Assembly (NCBI GenBank): GCA_965218095.1
Contig: OZ244587.1
Coordinates: 896,001 to 960,000 of the forward strand
DNA from: Candidatus Poribacteria bacterium
GTDB lineage: Bacteria > Poribacteria > WGA-4E > PCPOR2b
Direction: 5' to 3'
DNA length: 64,000 nucleotides
Numbering within the stretch: the first letter of the stretch is position 1; the number at the start of each line of letters is the position of its first letter. Position numbers and translations under genes: made by a program. The notes beneath the pieces are model-generated. The model was not told the origin of the DNA. It did no database searches and was given only the letters and a program-made list of their open reading frames with translations. Shown here piece after piece: positions 33,298-43,002 of the stretch.

Positions 33298-33315
33298 GCA
33301 AGGAGTCATCGCGTC

Positions 33316-36300
33316 GTGGAATTTACCCTAAACCAGAAAAAAGCGCATGATCTCAATCGTCACATCAGCGTGACCGCTGGGGCGGGGTCCGGGAAAACAG
33401 CGGTATTGGTTCACCGATACCTCAAGATCTTGCTTGAAAAGAATCTGCGTCCCAATCAAGTTGTAGCAATCACGTTTACCGAGAAAGCCGCAGCTAAATT
33501 GAAGCAGCGCATTGTTCGGGAGATCAACGCGAGGTTAGAAGAAGGGAATCACAGCACAAAATTAGAGGCAATCAAGGCCGGAATGATCTCTGCACAGATC
33601 TCGACGATCCATTCATTTTGTGCACGCATTCTGCGAGAATATCCTGTTGAAGCGGGCGTTGACGCTGGCTTCAATGTACTCCAAAGGATCGAGCAACAGT
33701 TTATCCTCAATGAGATCATCGATTCAACGCTTAAGTCGATCGCTGACCGACCAGCAGGTGACGCAATGCGTGAAAAACTTGCTGACCTGCTGCGGATATT
33801 TGGAAAGAGGCGACTTGAGGAGCGCTTATACCAACTGGTTTCTCAGCGTGAGGCTGTTGATCGACTGATACGTGATTTGTACAATCTGACAGATGCAGAG
33901 GTACTGGATTATTGGCACGAGTTTGCACAAGCGAAATTGTTGCAGAGTCTAAGCGATCAGTTTCCCATTGAGCGTTGGCTGCACTGTCTGGACACAGTAT
34001 TGGTAGTCGTTAAGGGGAAGAACGCAGCGAAGGTTCGAGAACTGGCGGCTCGGATTCAGCCGGATCTGGGAGCGCAAGATGCGATTTCGATTCTCGGTGA
34101 GATTGCCCCCCTCCTGTTGACCCAAAAGGGAGAGATCAGCAAACGCGATTTTATTGGCGCCCGTGTCAAAACTGACGAGATCGAAGCGGAAATCGATTTC
34201 CTTGTCTGTGCTGCGAACCACTTTCAATCCTTCCCGGCTTTCACTGATGACGATGTCCTGCTCATTCGCGTCACTCGCCCACTACTGGCAATCTATGATC
34301 AGATCCAACATGTCTACGAACGCCATAAACTCCAACAGGGACAACTCGATTTTGATGACCTGCAGATTAAGGTCAGGGATCTGTTGCAGAATGAGTCAAT
34401 CTGTGCACGACTGGTCCAAAGATACCCTTACATCATGGTTGACGAGTATCAGGACACCAACCGCTTGCAGTACGAGATTCTCAAGCCGCTGATTTCCGAT
34501 TTCCAATTGGGGAACCTGTTCATCGTGGGCGATCAGAAGCAGAGTATCTATGGATTTCGCGGGGCAGATGTGCGTGTGTTTCACCAAACACGACAGGAAA
34601 TGACTGCGTATCAATCCCAATACCGAGGGCATCAGGACGAGTTTGTGTGGTATGATGAAGAACTCCAGGCTAATGATTCGGAAAAACGTGGTGACATCCA
34701 TCTGCCTGAAAACTTTCGCCTGCTCCGAAACCTCGTCGGTTGCATCAATCTGGTCTTTCAGCCACTTATGGAGACAGCAGGGGTGAACGAGTTTGAGGTA
34801 GTCTATGAGCCGCTGATCAAAGGGAGAGCCACTGATCAACCCGGCGATGTAGAGCTCATCATCGGTTCAAAAGGGCAAGCCGGCAGCCATCTGCAGCCTC
34901 CCATAGACGAAAATGAGTTAATCGGGGCACGCATTCGCCAACTGATTGGGGCGAGTGCAATGATTTGGGAGCGTAATGGCGATGAGGAGACTCCCCGTCC
35001 GATCCGATATGGCGACATTGCTATCCTTATCCGCAGCCGTACCCACTTACCCGAGATCGAGTCTGCCTTGCTCAATGCAGAAATTCCGTACAAAATCACG
35101 GGGGGCATCGGGTTTTATCAGCGGCAGGAAATTTACGATATTGGTAACTACCTGCAATTCCTCGTCAACCCTGATGACGATGTGGCACTCGCCGGGGTTC
35201 TCCGCGCACCGTTCTTTGGAATTTCGGATGTGGAGTTGTACGAAATCTCGCAGCGGCCGGAACCTCGATCATTCTGGCAAAAGGTCCAAACCTACACCGC
35301 TGAACGAATCAGCAAATCATATAATACACAATACACAATACCCGATACGCATCACATTTCCTCCGATTCTCCCTCCTTCCAATCTCCAATCTTTTATGCC
35401 GTCGAGACTTTGCGACATCACCAGGAGATCTGTCATCGCCTGCCGATCAGCAGGCTTATCCGCAAGATTGTCAACGACACCAGCATGGTTGGGGTACTTC
35501 CTGTTGGGCAGCAGGGCAAGCAGCGGTGGGCGAATTACGAAAAGCTGTTAGATATTGCGAGGGAGTTTGAGAGCGCAGGGTTCACGGATTTGTTTGATTT
35601 CCTAGAGCGGTTGAATCTGCTAATCGAGGAGGAGGAACGCGAAGGACAAGCCACAACACAGTTGACGGAGGATACCGTGCAGGTGATGACTGTCCACGCT
35701 GCGAAAGGGTTTGAGTTTCCGGTTGTGATCCTTCCACACCTCGATCGGCGATTTCGATACGATTCGGAGCCGTTCATCGATGACGTGCTCGGTATCAGTT
35801 TGAGTCCCACAGATCCGGAGAATGGCTACCAACAGAGTGAACCAACCGCTACACAGTTGATGCAGAACCGAGCAAAACAACGAACAGATGCAGAGGAAAA
35901 GCGGCTCTTCTATGTGGCAGCAACCCGCGCCCGCGATCGCCTCGTCCTGTCGGGGACGCTCGATTGGCGGGGAAACGCGGGAGGTTGGTTCGGTTGGCTG
36001 CTTGCCACATTGGGGTTCTCAGGGATGCCGCATGTCACTCGCGATCTCGATTCTATCGGGGAGGATGAAATCCAACATCCTGTCACAATCGAAGCCTTGT
36101 CGGGGGCTGGGACCACACCGATCTCCTTTGATCTACCGATTCGCATTATTAAATCCCTCGATGCGCTCGATTTCGTTGAGGAGGACACGCCCGCGCCACC
36201 GCCGCCGGCCGGGTTTCCAGCGTTCCACGTCGATTCATTGCGTCCTTCCCCTGTCAGCGAAACCTTCTCGGTGACGCAACTTGCAACGTATGCGCACTGC

Positions 36301-36960
36301 CCGACGAAGTTCTATTTGCAACACCGGATTCAGGCGCCAATATCAGATCTTGACCCCGAGAGTACGGCGAGAGGTACGGCGGTTCATGAAGTTTTGGCGC
36401 AGTTGCGGACGCAAGCGGATTGCGATCGGGATTTAGAGCCGCTGATTCGTGCCATGTTTGTAGATGTTTCGGTAGAGACGGTTCGTGAGCATGTCGAGAA
36501 TTTCCTGAATTCTGAGATCGGGGTGATGGCACTGAGTGCGGATGAGCGTTACTGTGAAAGGCACATCTACGCCCAAATCGGTTCGCACCTGATTAACGGA
36601 ATCGTAGATCGGCTTTTTAAGGATTCGGCGGGATTATGGCATCTTATCGATTATAAGACGGACGCGATTGACAGATCAGAGCTTGCCGACAGCGTAGCAC
36701 GCTATCGCCCGCAGATTGAGTTATATGCCCTGCTGGTCCATCGGCTCCACCCGCCGCAGGTAGTGATACCGGCCACGATCTTTTTCACGCATCTCGCGGA
36801 GCCGTATTCGATGGAGTTAACGGGGGAAGCATTGGAGGAGGTTGAGGGAGCATGGCTGAAGCGGATTGAGGCAATACAGGTCGGAACGTTTGAAAAGAAT
36901 GCGGAGCACTGCCCAATGTGTCCTTACTTTGTTGATAGCCAGTGCCTAGTTTCAAATTGA
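33316..36960 (+). CDS. addA: AddA-like UvrD helicase with C-terminal PD-(D/E)xK nuclease
   Basis: AGAGSGKT, ITFTEKAA, STIHSF, VDEYQD, VGDQKQSIY, NFR, MTVHAAKG, RLFYVAATRA, GIVD...IDYKT. Confidence 0.9.
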   Translation: MEFTLNQKKAHDLNRHISVTAGAGSGKTAVLVHRYLKILLEKNLRPNQVVAITFTEKAAAKLKQRIVREINARLEEGNHSTKLEAIKAGMISAQISTIHSFCARILREYPVEAGVDAGFNVLQRIEQQFILNEIIDSTLKSIADRPAGDAMREKLADLLRIFGKRRLEERLYQLVSQREAVDRLIRDLYNLTDAEVLDYWHEFAQAKLLQSLSDQFPIERWLHCLDTVLVVVKGKNAAKVRELAARIQPDLGAQDAISILGEIAPLLLTQKGEISKRDFIGARVKTDEIEAEIDFLVCAANHFQSFPAFTDDDVLLIRVTRPLLAIYDQIQHVYERHKLQQGQLDFDDLQIKVRDLLQNESICARLVQRYPYIMVDEYQDTNRLQYEILKPLISDFQLGNLFIVGDQKQSIYGFRGADVRVFHQTRQEMTAYQSQYRGHQDEFVWYDEELQANDSEKRGDIHLPENFRLLRNLVGCINLVFQPLMETAGVNEFEVVYEPLIKGRATDQPGDVELIIGSKGQAGSHLQPPIDENELIGARIRQLIGASAMIWERNGDEETPRPIRYGDIAILIRSRTHLPEIESALLNAEIPYKITGGIGFYQRQEIYDIGNYLQFLVNPDDDVALAGVLRAPFFGISDVELYEISQRPEPRSFWQKVQTYTAERISKSYNTQYTIPDTHHISSDSPSFQSPIFYAVETLRHHQEICHRLPISRLIRKIVNDTSMVGVLPVGQQGKQRWANYEKLLDIAREFESAGFTDLFDFLERLNLLIEEEEREGQATTQLTEDTVQVMTVHAAKGFEFPVVILPHLDRRFRYDSEPFIDDVLGISLSPTDPENGYQQSEPTATQLMQNRAKQRTDAEEKRLFYVAATRARDRLVLSGTLDWRGNAGGWFGWLLATLGFSGMPHVTRDLDSIGEDEIQHPVTIEALSGAGTTPISFDLPIRIIKSLDALDFVEEDTPAPPPPAGFPAFHVDSLRPSPVSETFSVTQLATYAHCPTKFYLQHRIQAPISDLDPESTARGTAVHEVLAQLRTQADCDRDLEPLIRAMFVDVSVETVREHVENFLNSEIGVMALSADERYCERHIYAQIGSHLINGIVDRLFKDSAGLWHLIDYKTDAIDRSELADSVARYRPQIELYALLVHRLHPPQVVIPATIFFTHLAEPYSMELTGEALEEVEGAWLKRIEAIQVGTFEKNAEHCPMCPYFVDSQCLVSN

Positions 36961-37064
36961 TAATTGTTAAGTGTCTCGGCACCTATCGATTTGAAAGGGG
37001 AAAGTTCGGCTCACCTATGACGACAGGATGTTTGGCTCTCGCTGACGACATTCTAACAGGAGCG

Positions 37065-38999
37065 TCAACCTTCGTCAGCCGGCTGGATGGAAGCTGTGAC
37101 GCCTGCCGTCGCTGGAACAACCTGCAGCGGCGGAAGTTCTGGATAGTTCCCGCGCGCCGTCCTCCACGTAATCAGCCCTTCGATGATCATCCACACCTGC
37201 AAGGCTTCAACAGCAATGCCAAATCCAAAAAGCAGGTACTTTCCAGTAAACAACCATCCTGTTTCGGGGTTAAACATCTGCCAGAACATCGCCCACGCCG
37301 GCATAATCAACATCACCGCCATCGGAAGCGCTGCAAACCAGATCGGTTTATTCCGCCGCAGCAAATAGAATACCGTCACCATAAAGGCAAGTCCCGCCAA
37401 CAATTGGTTCGTTGCGCCGAAAAGGGGCCAGAGGATTAAGCCGCCGCTTCCGGGTCCCTTTGGCCCTGGCATCAGGGCAACGACACCCCCCAGGAACAAA
37501 GCGACGCCGGTTGCCACGTATCGATTGGTGAGCGGTTTAATCTTGACTGTTTGCGCAAGTTCCTGGATGACGTAGCGTTGTAGACGTGTTGCGGTATCCA
37601 GAGTCGTTGCTGCAAAACTTGCTACCAGCACCGCCATTATCGTGATTGCCATTTTCAGTGGGATGCCGACGCTCGCAAGGAAATTGCCACCACCTTCGAC
37701 AAAAGCGCCGACCTTTTTGGCAAGGCTGTGACCTGCCCATCCACCGACAGTTGTCACCGTGCCATCGGCGTTTGTGACCGTTCGGGTCATGGCGTACCGT
37801 GTCCGCCAGGCGTCCTGGTATTTGACCTGTTGTCCAGTCGTAGCGTTGATGACTGGTTGGAAGGTGTAACTCGCTCCGGCGCCACTCCGCGTGAAAAGCC
37901 CCATGCCAATTCCGGCGCAACATGCGAGGATGACGATCACCGCAAGTCCGCCTTCAAGCAGCATCGCGCCGTAGCCGACATATTGGGCATCTCTCTCCGA
38001 AGCAACCTGCTTGCTGGAGGTGCCGGAACTCACCATGCAGTGGAAACCGCTAATTGCCCCGCAAGCGATGGTGATGAAAAGGAAGGGCCAAATCGGGGGG
38101 GCGTCTGGTGGAATGTCGGGGGCGATAGCCGGTGCAGACGCGAAGAGGTTTGCCCCCCCTGTGAAACCCGCAATACCAAGACCTAAGACAAGCAGAAGCA
38201 AAGCCACGATTAATTCATGGCTGTTGATAAAATCGCGAGGCTGAAGCAGCGTCCAGACAGGGAGGACGGAGGCGATAAAGCAGTAGACAAACAGAACCAA
38301 TGTCCAGATGACTACCGCGTTGAGAAACGTTTGACCCAGCAACGGAACGCCGAACCACTCCGAAATGTTAATCGGAAGCAGGTACGCGCCGACCGCCATC
38401 GCAATGTACATCACTCCCAACGCGATGATGGAAGGCACCAGAATATTCCCACCTCTTCGATAGATCCAAATTCCAATGGCAACCGCAAGGGGAATCTCGA
38501 TCCAAACCGAAAGCACCGATTCAGGATAGATTGCGAAGATAATGGCGATGACCAAACCAAAAATAGCCAAAACAACGGTCAGCGCCATGAATAAGATGGT
38601 TAAAAACAGCAGCTTGGCGCGCGGCGTGATCATTCGTCCCGCGATGTCGCCCACACTTTGTCCACGATTACGGAGGGAAACCACCAAAGCGCCGAAGTCG
38701 TGAACAGCGCCGATAAAAATTGAACCTAACACGACCCAGAGCAGGGCAGGCAGCCACCCCCAAAAAACCGCAATCGCGGGTCCAACGATGGGGCCCGTTC
38801 CCGCAATGCTGGTGAAGTGATGTCCGAAGATAATCTCCTTCTTCGTGGGAAGGTAGTCCACGTCATCACGTAGTTCCTGGCTCGGCACCTTTGCCTCCGG
38901 ATTGATGCCAAAGATCTTTCTCGCTAACCATCGTCCGTAAGTGTGGTAGGCGACGATAAAGCCAAAAAAGCTCAACAGAGCGATAATCAGTGTGTTCAT
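37065..38999 (-). CDS. cstA: Carbon starvation protein A family transporter
   Basis: GHHFTSIAGTGPIVGP, LLQPRD, FITIACGAISGFH, TTLDTATRL, WPLFGATNQLLA; AAGGAGG RBS before ATG 38999. Confidence 0.95.
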   Translation of the reverse strand: MNTLIIALLSFFGFIVAYHTYGRWLARKIFGINPEAKVPSQELRDDVDYLPTKKEIIFGHHFTSIAGTGPIVGPAIAVFWGWLPALLWVVLGSIFIGAVHDFGALVVSLRNRGQSVGDIAGRMITPRAKLLFLTILFMALTVVLAIFGLVIAIIFAIYPESVLSVWIEIPLAVAIGIWIYRRGGNILVPSIIALGVMYIAMAVGAYLLPINISEWFGVPLLGQTFLNAVVIWTLVLFVYCFIASVLPVWTLLQPRDFINSHELIVALLLLVLGLGIAGFTGGANLFASAPAIAPDIPPDAPPIWPFLFITIACGAISGFHCMVSSGTSSKQVASERDAQYVGYGAMLLEGGLAVIVILACCAGIGMGLFTRSGAGASYTFQPVINATTGQQVKYQDAWRTRYAMTRTVTNADGTVTTVGGWAGHSLAKKVGAFVEGGGNFLASVGIPLKMAITIMAVLVASFAATTLDTATRLQRYVIQELAQTVKIKPLTNRYVATGVALFLGGVVALMPGPKGPGSGGLILWPLFGATNQLLAGLAFMVTVFYLLRRNKPIWFAALPMAVMLIMPAWAMFWQMFNPETGWLFTGKYLLFGFGIAVEALQVWMIIEGLITWRTARGNYPELPPLQVVPATAGVTASIQPADEG

Positions 39000-39050
39000 T
39001 CTTACCTCCTTTAGTTCGTAAACTAAGTGATCTGTTTGTAGGTCCGCATA

Positions 39051-39099
39051 GGGTTTCTGGACCTGACAGGTTTCCAAAACCTGTCAGGTCCAGAAACCC
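39051..39099. repeat. Perfect 23-bp inverted repeat (REP-like)
   Basis: GGGTTTCTGGACCTGACAGGTTT-cca-AAACCTGTCAGGTCCAGAAACCC. Confidence 0.9.
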
Positions 39100-39300
39100 C
39101 GGCCGAACCCCTTTATAGCAAACCAACCACTAAGCTACCACCTATAAAAGGAAATAGCACAAATCTTCAGAATGCTGCGGATTTTTTGACCAGAGATCCA
39201 TAGCATTCTGCTAATCCGTTTCGTACCCAAGCATTTGGTCATCAAGCAGTGGGCGCATGGGTATTAGGTTCTTTAGTTCGGGTTTCCGCATGTGTTGTCC

Positions 39301-41917
39301 TTATGTTGTAAGTGTAATGTTTCGCCAGATTTGATCTCTTGATTGGGATTTTGTATCTCTGGCTTTAATTGCGCTGGGAATTGCGCTTTGAAGTTGGTTG
39401 TTGAATTTGATTTGTGAAACAGGTTTATTACCGTTGTCCTCACAAAATTGTTTATAGGTTTCATAGAGTTCTTGGCGTCGGATGGTACTGCCTGTTTCTT
39501 CTTTAATATATTCTTGGGTAAACGCATAGACCGAATCGTTGCTGGATTTGTACTTCTCCATTTCCTCCATTGTGAATTTTGAGGAGGTAAAGCCGTTCTT
39601 CCTGAAAATCCTGTTGATACCTATGATGGCAAGGTTGAAGAAGGCAGACAGGTTTTCTTCGGTGGTAAGCGTAGTTCTCATGTCCACGTTTTTCTCCTGT
39701 CCCTCAAACTTGTTGGGGAACGGGATAAATTCCCATTTCCGATAGAATCCGTGTGTTCGGTCATTGGTTCGGGGTGCGGTATTGGCAGAGAATAAGAGCT
39801 TGCTGTAAGGCTTAAAGAAGAACAGGTCTCTGTTTTTGCGTTTACCGTCTATCTGGTCGCCTGACGCAATCATCTTGAGGTAGGTCGAATTTTTGATTTC
39901 GGATGCAGAAATATCAGCAAAAACATTTGCAAGTTTCCCGAAGATTTCTGCACGTTTGAATCGGTTTTCATCTAATTCTTGGAGTGGAATATGCGTGACA
40001 TTCTCATTTCCAATTAGGGCAGTAATGAGATTGAGTAAGGTTGATTTACCATTTGCACCTTCACCTAGAAACATGAAATTTTTCTCGTAAGTTAGTATCG
40101 GTGTATAGGCAGTATCCGGCAATCTCATAGATAAGATCGATGCAATCTATTGGAACAACGCTTGCAATGAACCGTTGGATTTCTCTTGTAGCGTTTGTAA
40201 GTTTTGGCTTTTGGGTCTCCGGGTTGATGACTGGTTCACCTGTATTTGGGTTGATTTCGTAGGCTGCATCAGGTTTATATGTTACTGCGATTCTAGTGAT
40301 TGAATGGTAGTAAGGTGTGTGTGGTTTTAATTTGGATGTCCGAATATCAAAAAGTCCATTTTTGATATTGAGAATGTACTTGTTTTGCTTAATAGCTTTG
40401 GCTTCAATTCGGTCTCTGGTCTTGAAATAGTCTATAGTCTCCTTCTCCGTGTCGGTTCTTTGACACCTCGCCTAACCGTTTTTGAGTCTCGCTCATGACG
40501 AAATTCTCGCCGGTATCCCGATAGACACCTTGCTCGTATCGGTAGAGTTGTTCCGCAGTCCAGATGAAGAACTCGTTGTCGAGAGAGATTTCGTCTGCCA
40601 TGCGTTTGGGGAGGTATCCGCCGTGTCGGTCGTAAGAGAAGAAGCGTTTGGGGTTGTTTGCTAAACGTGCATCTTCGTATTGGAGCCCTTTCGCAGCTTT
40701 AATCCAATACTCTAATTCGTATATCAGTCCTCTTTGGATGTAATCGGAAAGATCGACTGATGTTTCTTCTGGCGGTCGTCTTAGTCGTGCGATACGGATT
40801 TCTGGGTAAGAGGTAACCGTTTCGCCTGTCTTGTTATCTACTCTCTGATTGAATGCTGATGGATTGTTCTTTGCAATTTCCTTCCATTTTCGCATGAGTT
40901 TCTTTGCGGTGTTTACTGCACCTCGTTCACCGGCTTCTGATGAATCTGAATCCGCAACGAAGATAATCTCTTTTACTTTTCCGGTTGGTGCGGCAAGTCT
41001 CTCGATTTGGTCGTTTGTCCATGAGATAGTTACAGGGGATACGATTGTATAGTCATTTCCGAAGTGCTGATTGGCTAATATCGCGTCCACGATGCCCTCA
41101 GCGACGATGATTTTGTCTCCCTGCTTAATTGTATCCTCGCCCCATAAAACGTGCCTGACGGCTAAATCTGAGACAAATGGGTGCTTCTCGCTTTGGACGA
41201 GGTGCTTCACGTACTTCTTATAGTCCTCGATTTGGGGGTTGATAGATCTTCCGATTGAAAATACTGGTTGGCCTCGGAACCAGTATGGGAAAATGTATCG
41301 GTCTTGGTATCTATCTCTCAGGGTATTTCTATTACTTTCAAAGAAGAGTCCGGTTGATAGGATTAGTTCTCTATCTTTGACTCCGGTTCGTTCATACAAT
41401 TTTTGTACAAGCCAGCGACCGCCGGGTGGGGCATAGCCAAGTAAATTCTGTTTGATTACTTCGTCGCTAATTTTACGGTTTTTGAAATACTTTTGTTGCT
41501 CTGGTGTCATGTTCTCATGATATAAGTCATGTTCTCATGATATAACTTGAATGCTTCTAGCATGAGCTCTTGAACAGGCTTTCGTTGTGACATTTCGATT
41601 CTTCGGACTCCTTGTTGTTCTGGTGTCTGACCGGGAATGTTGATAGCATATTGATCTGCAAGTGATTCGATTGCTGTCGCATAGTCGCAGTTCAATCGAT
41701 CTTTCTCGTATTCAACAACTTTTCCGCCGCTTTCACAACTGAAGCAATGCCAAAGCTGTCCGGTTGGTGTAACTTGTAAGCATCGTCCGCCTTCTGATGC
41801 GTGGTTGTGGCTCCCGGAATATCGGTCTCCTTCTTTTTTAAGGCTCTCGAATTTCTGGATATGGCTTATGATGTCAACCTGGTTATTGATGAGGTCAAAG
41901 TCGATTTTGTGATTCAT
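39301..41917 (-). pseudogene. Phage/plasmid P4-type primase-helicase (Zn finger, Toprim, D5_N, SF3 helicase) with three frameshifts
   Basis: WHCFSC, LGYAP, AEGIVDA, ADSD, NGLFDI..LKPHTP (frame between the listed ORFs), GEGANGKST; AT-rich. Confidence 0.85.
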
Positions 41918-42176
41918 AGTCCATGCTCCTATGTCTTTCGTAAGGAAAGAATGATGTCCTTTCCTTTCTTCGCCTGCAACAGCAGTTTGGCTGAAGTTGC
42001 CGGCAACTCCGGCTTAGAGATTATGGGCAGTTCCTCATCGTGCTCAAGCTGTAAGGCAATTTTGGTTTCCTTGGCCTCAATCTTGATTGGCTCCAGTTTC
42101 CCAATGAGCCGATAATGGTGTTTACGCACCTGAATTATCCAGCAGTAGTTTGGTTTGACGGGTACGATGACCTTTT

Positions 42177-42545
42177 CTACGTCCTGTTCTTTGACATTGA
42201 TAATTTGTTCTCCGAAACCAAAGGGGCTTCCATCAAGTGAGCGGTAAAAGCCCGGGGGAGGAAAGATTTGGAGTACGTAATAAATGTATCTGGGAAAACC
42301 GTGCGCAAAACTACCTGCGCTGAAGAACCGTCCTCATCCACCACCCGAAAAATAAACGCGAGTTCCGAATCTTTGCTACTTCCATGAGAAACTTTCGTTT
42401 CAACGATTTTCTGACCCTGATGATAATATTCAAGATAGATATGGTCGTGGCTTGAATCCTCGACAAATCCTAAAGTGCGTAACACCTGTCGGAACTTTCT
42501 CTTTGAAATTGTTCTTATTGCTGCCAATGTTCTTATTGCTGCCAA
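42177..42545 (-). CDS. HicA-like toxin, probably truncated or chimeric
   Basis: LRTLGFVEDSSHDHIY...TKVSHG; C-terminal half does not look like HicA. Confidence 0.5.
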   Translation of the reverse strand: MAAIRTLAAIRTISKRKFRQVLRTLGFVEDSSHDHIYLEYYHQGQKIVETKVSHGSSKDSELAFIFRVVDEDGSSAQVVLRTVFPDTFITYSKSFLPRAFTAHLMEAPLVSENKLSMSKNRT

Positions 42546-42555
42546 GATGACCCCT

Positions 42556-42948
42556 TCAAAAGAGTCGCTCTAAGAACTCTAGCCTAGACAAAAGGTGTTG
42601 TCCAAATCGATCTCTCTGGTTTCTCAACCGGAAATAGTCCCTTTCTATTGAACGAAGCAGATTTGTCTCGGCTTTCACCGCTGTATCGCCCGTTGCAAAG
42701 AAGCCGCGTTGCGGAATCAAAGCAATTATCTCATTGTCATCTGCCTCGTCTGAAAATTCTAGCAAAATAGAAAGTTTCTTCTTGGGGAAATGAATAAAAT
42801 CTAATTTGTATCGAATCAATTCTTCTTCTCCATGCTCTGGTTCAACATCCAAATCGGGATGCACAGTCGAAATCCATGCTTGAAGGTCTTCTTTACTTTT
42901 GGCTTTATGCCAGACGTCAAAGGGAAATGAAACTGTTACTTCGGACAT
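42556..42948 (-). CDS. HicB-like antitoxin
   Basis: IIALIPQRGFFATGDTAVKAETNL resembles the HicB fold; adjacent to the HicA-like gene. Confidence 0.55.
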   Translation of the reverse strand: MSEVTVSFPFDVWHKAKSKEDLQAWISTVHPDLDVEPEHGEEELIRYKLDFIHFPKKKLSILLEFSDEADDNEIIALIPQRGFFATGDTAVKAETNLLRSIERDYFRLRNQRDRFGQHLLSRLEFLERLF

Positions 42949-43002
42949 CAGTTATCCCTCACTTTTGATGTGTAATCCATCAGGTTTTGTGCTAACAACT
43001 CG

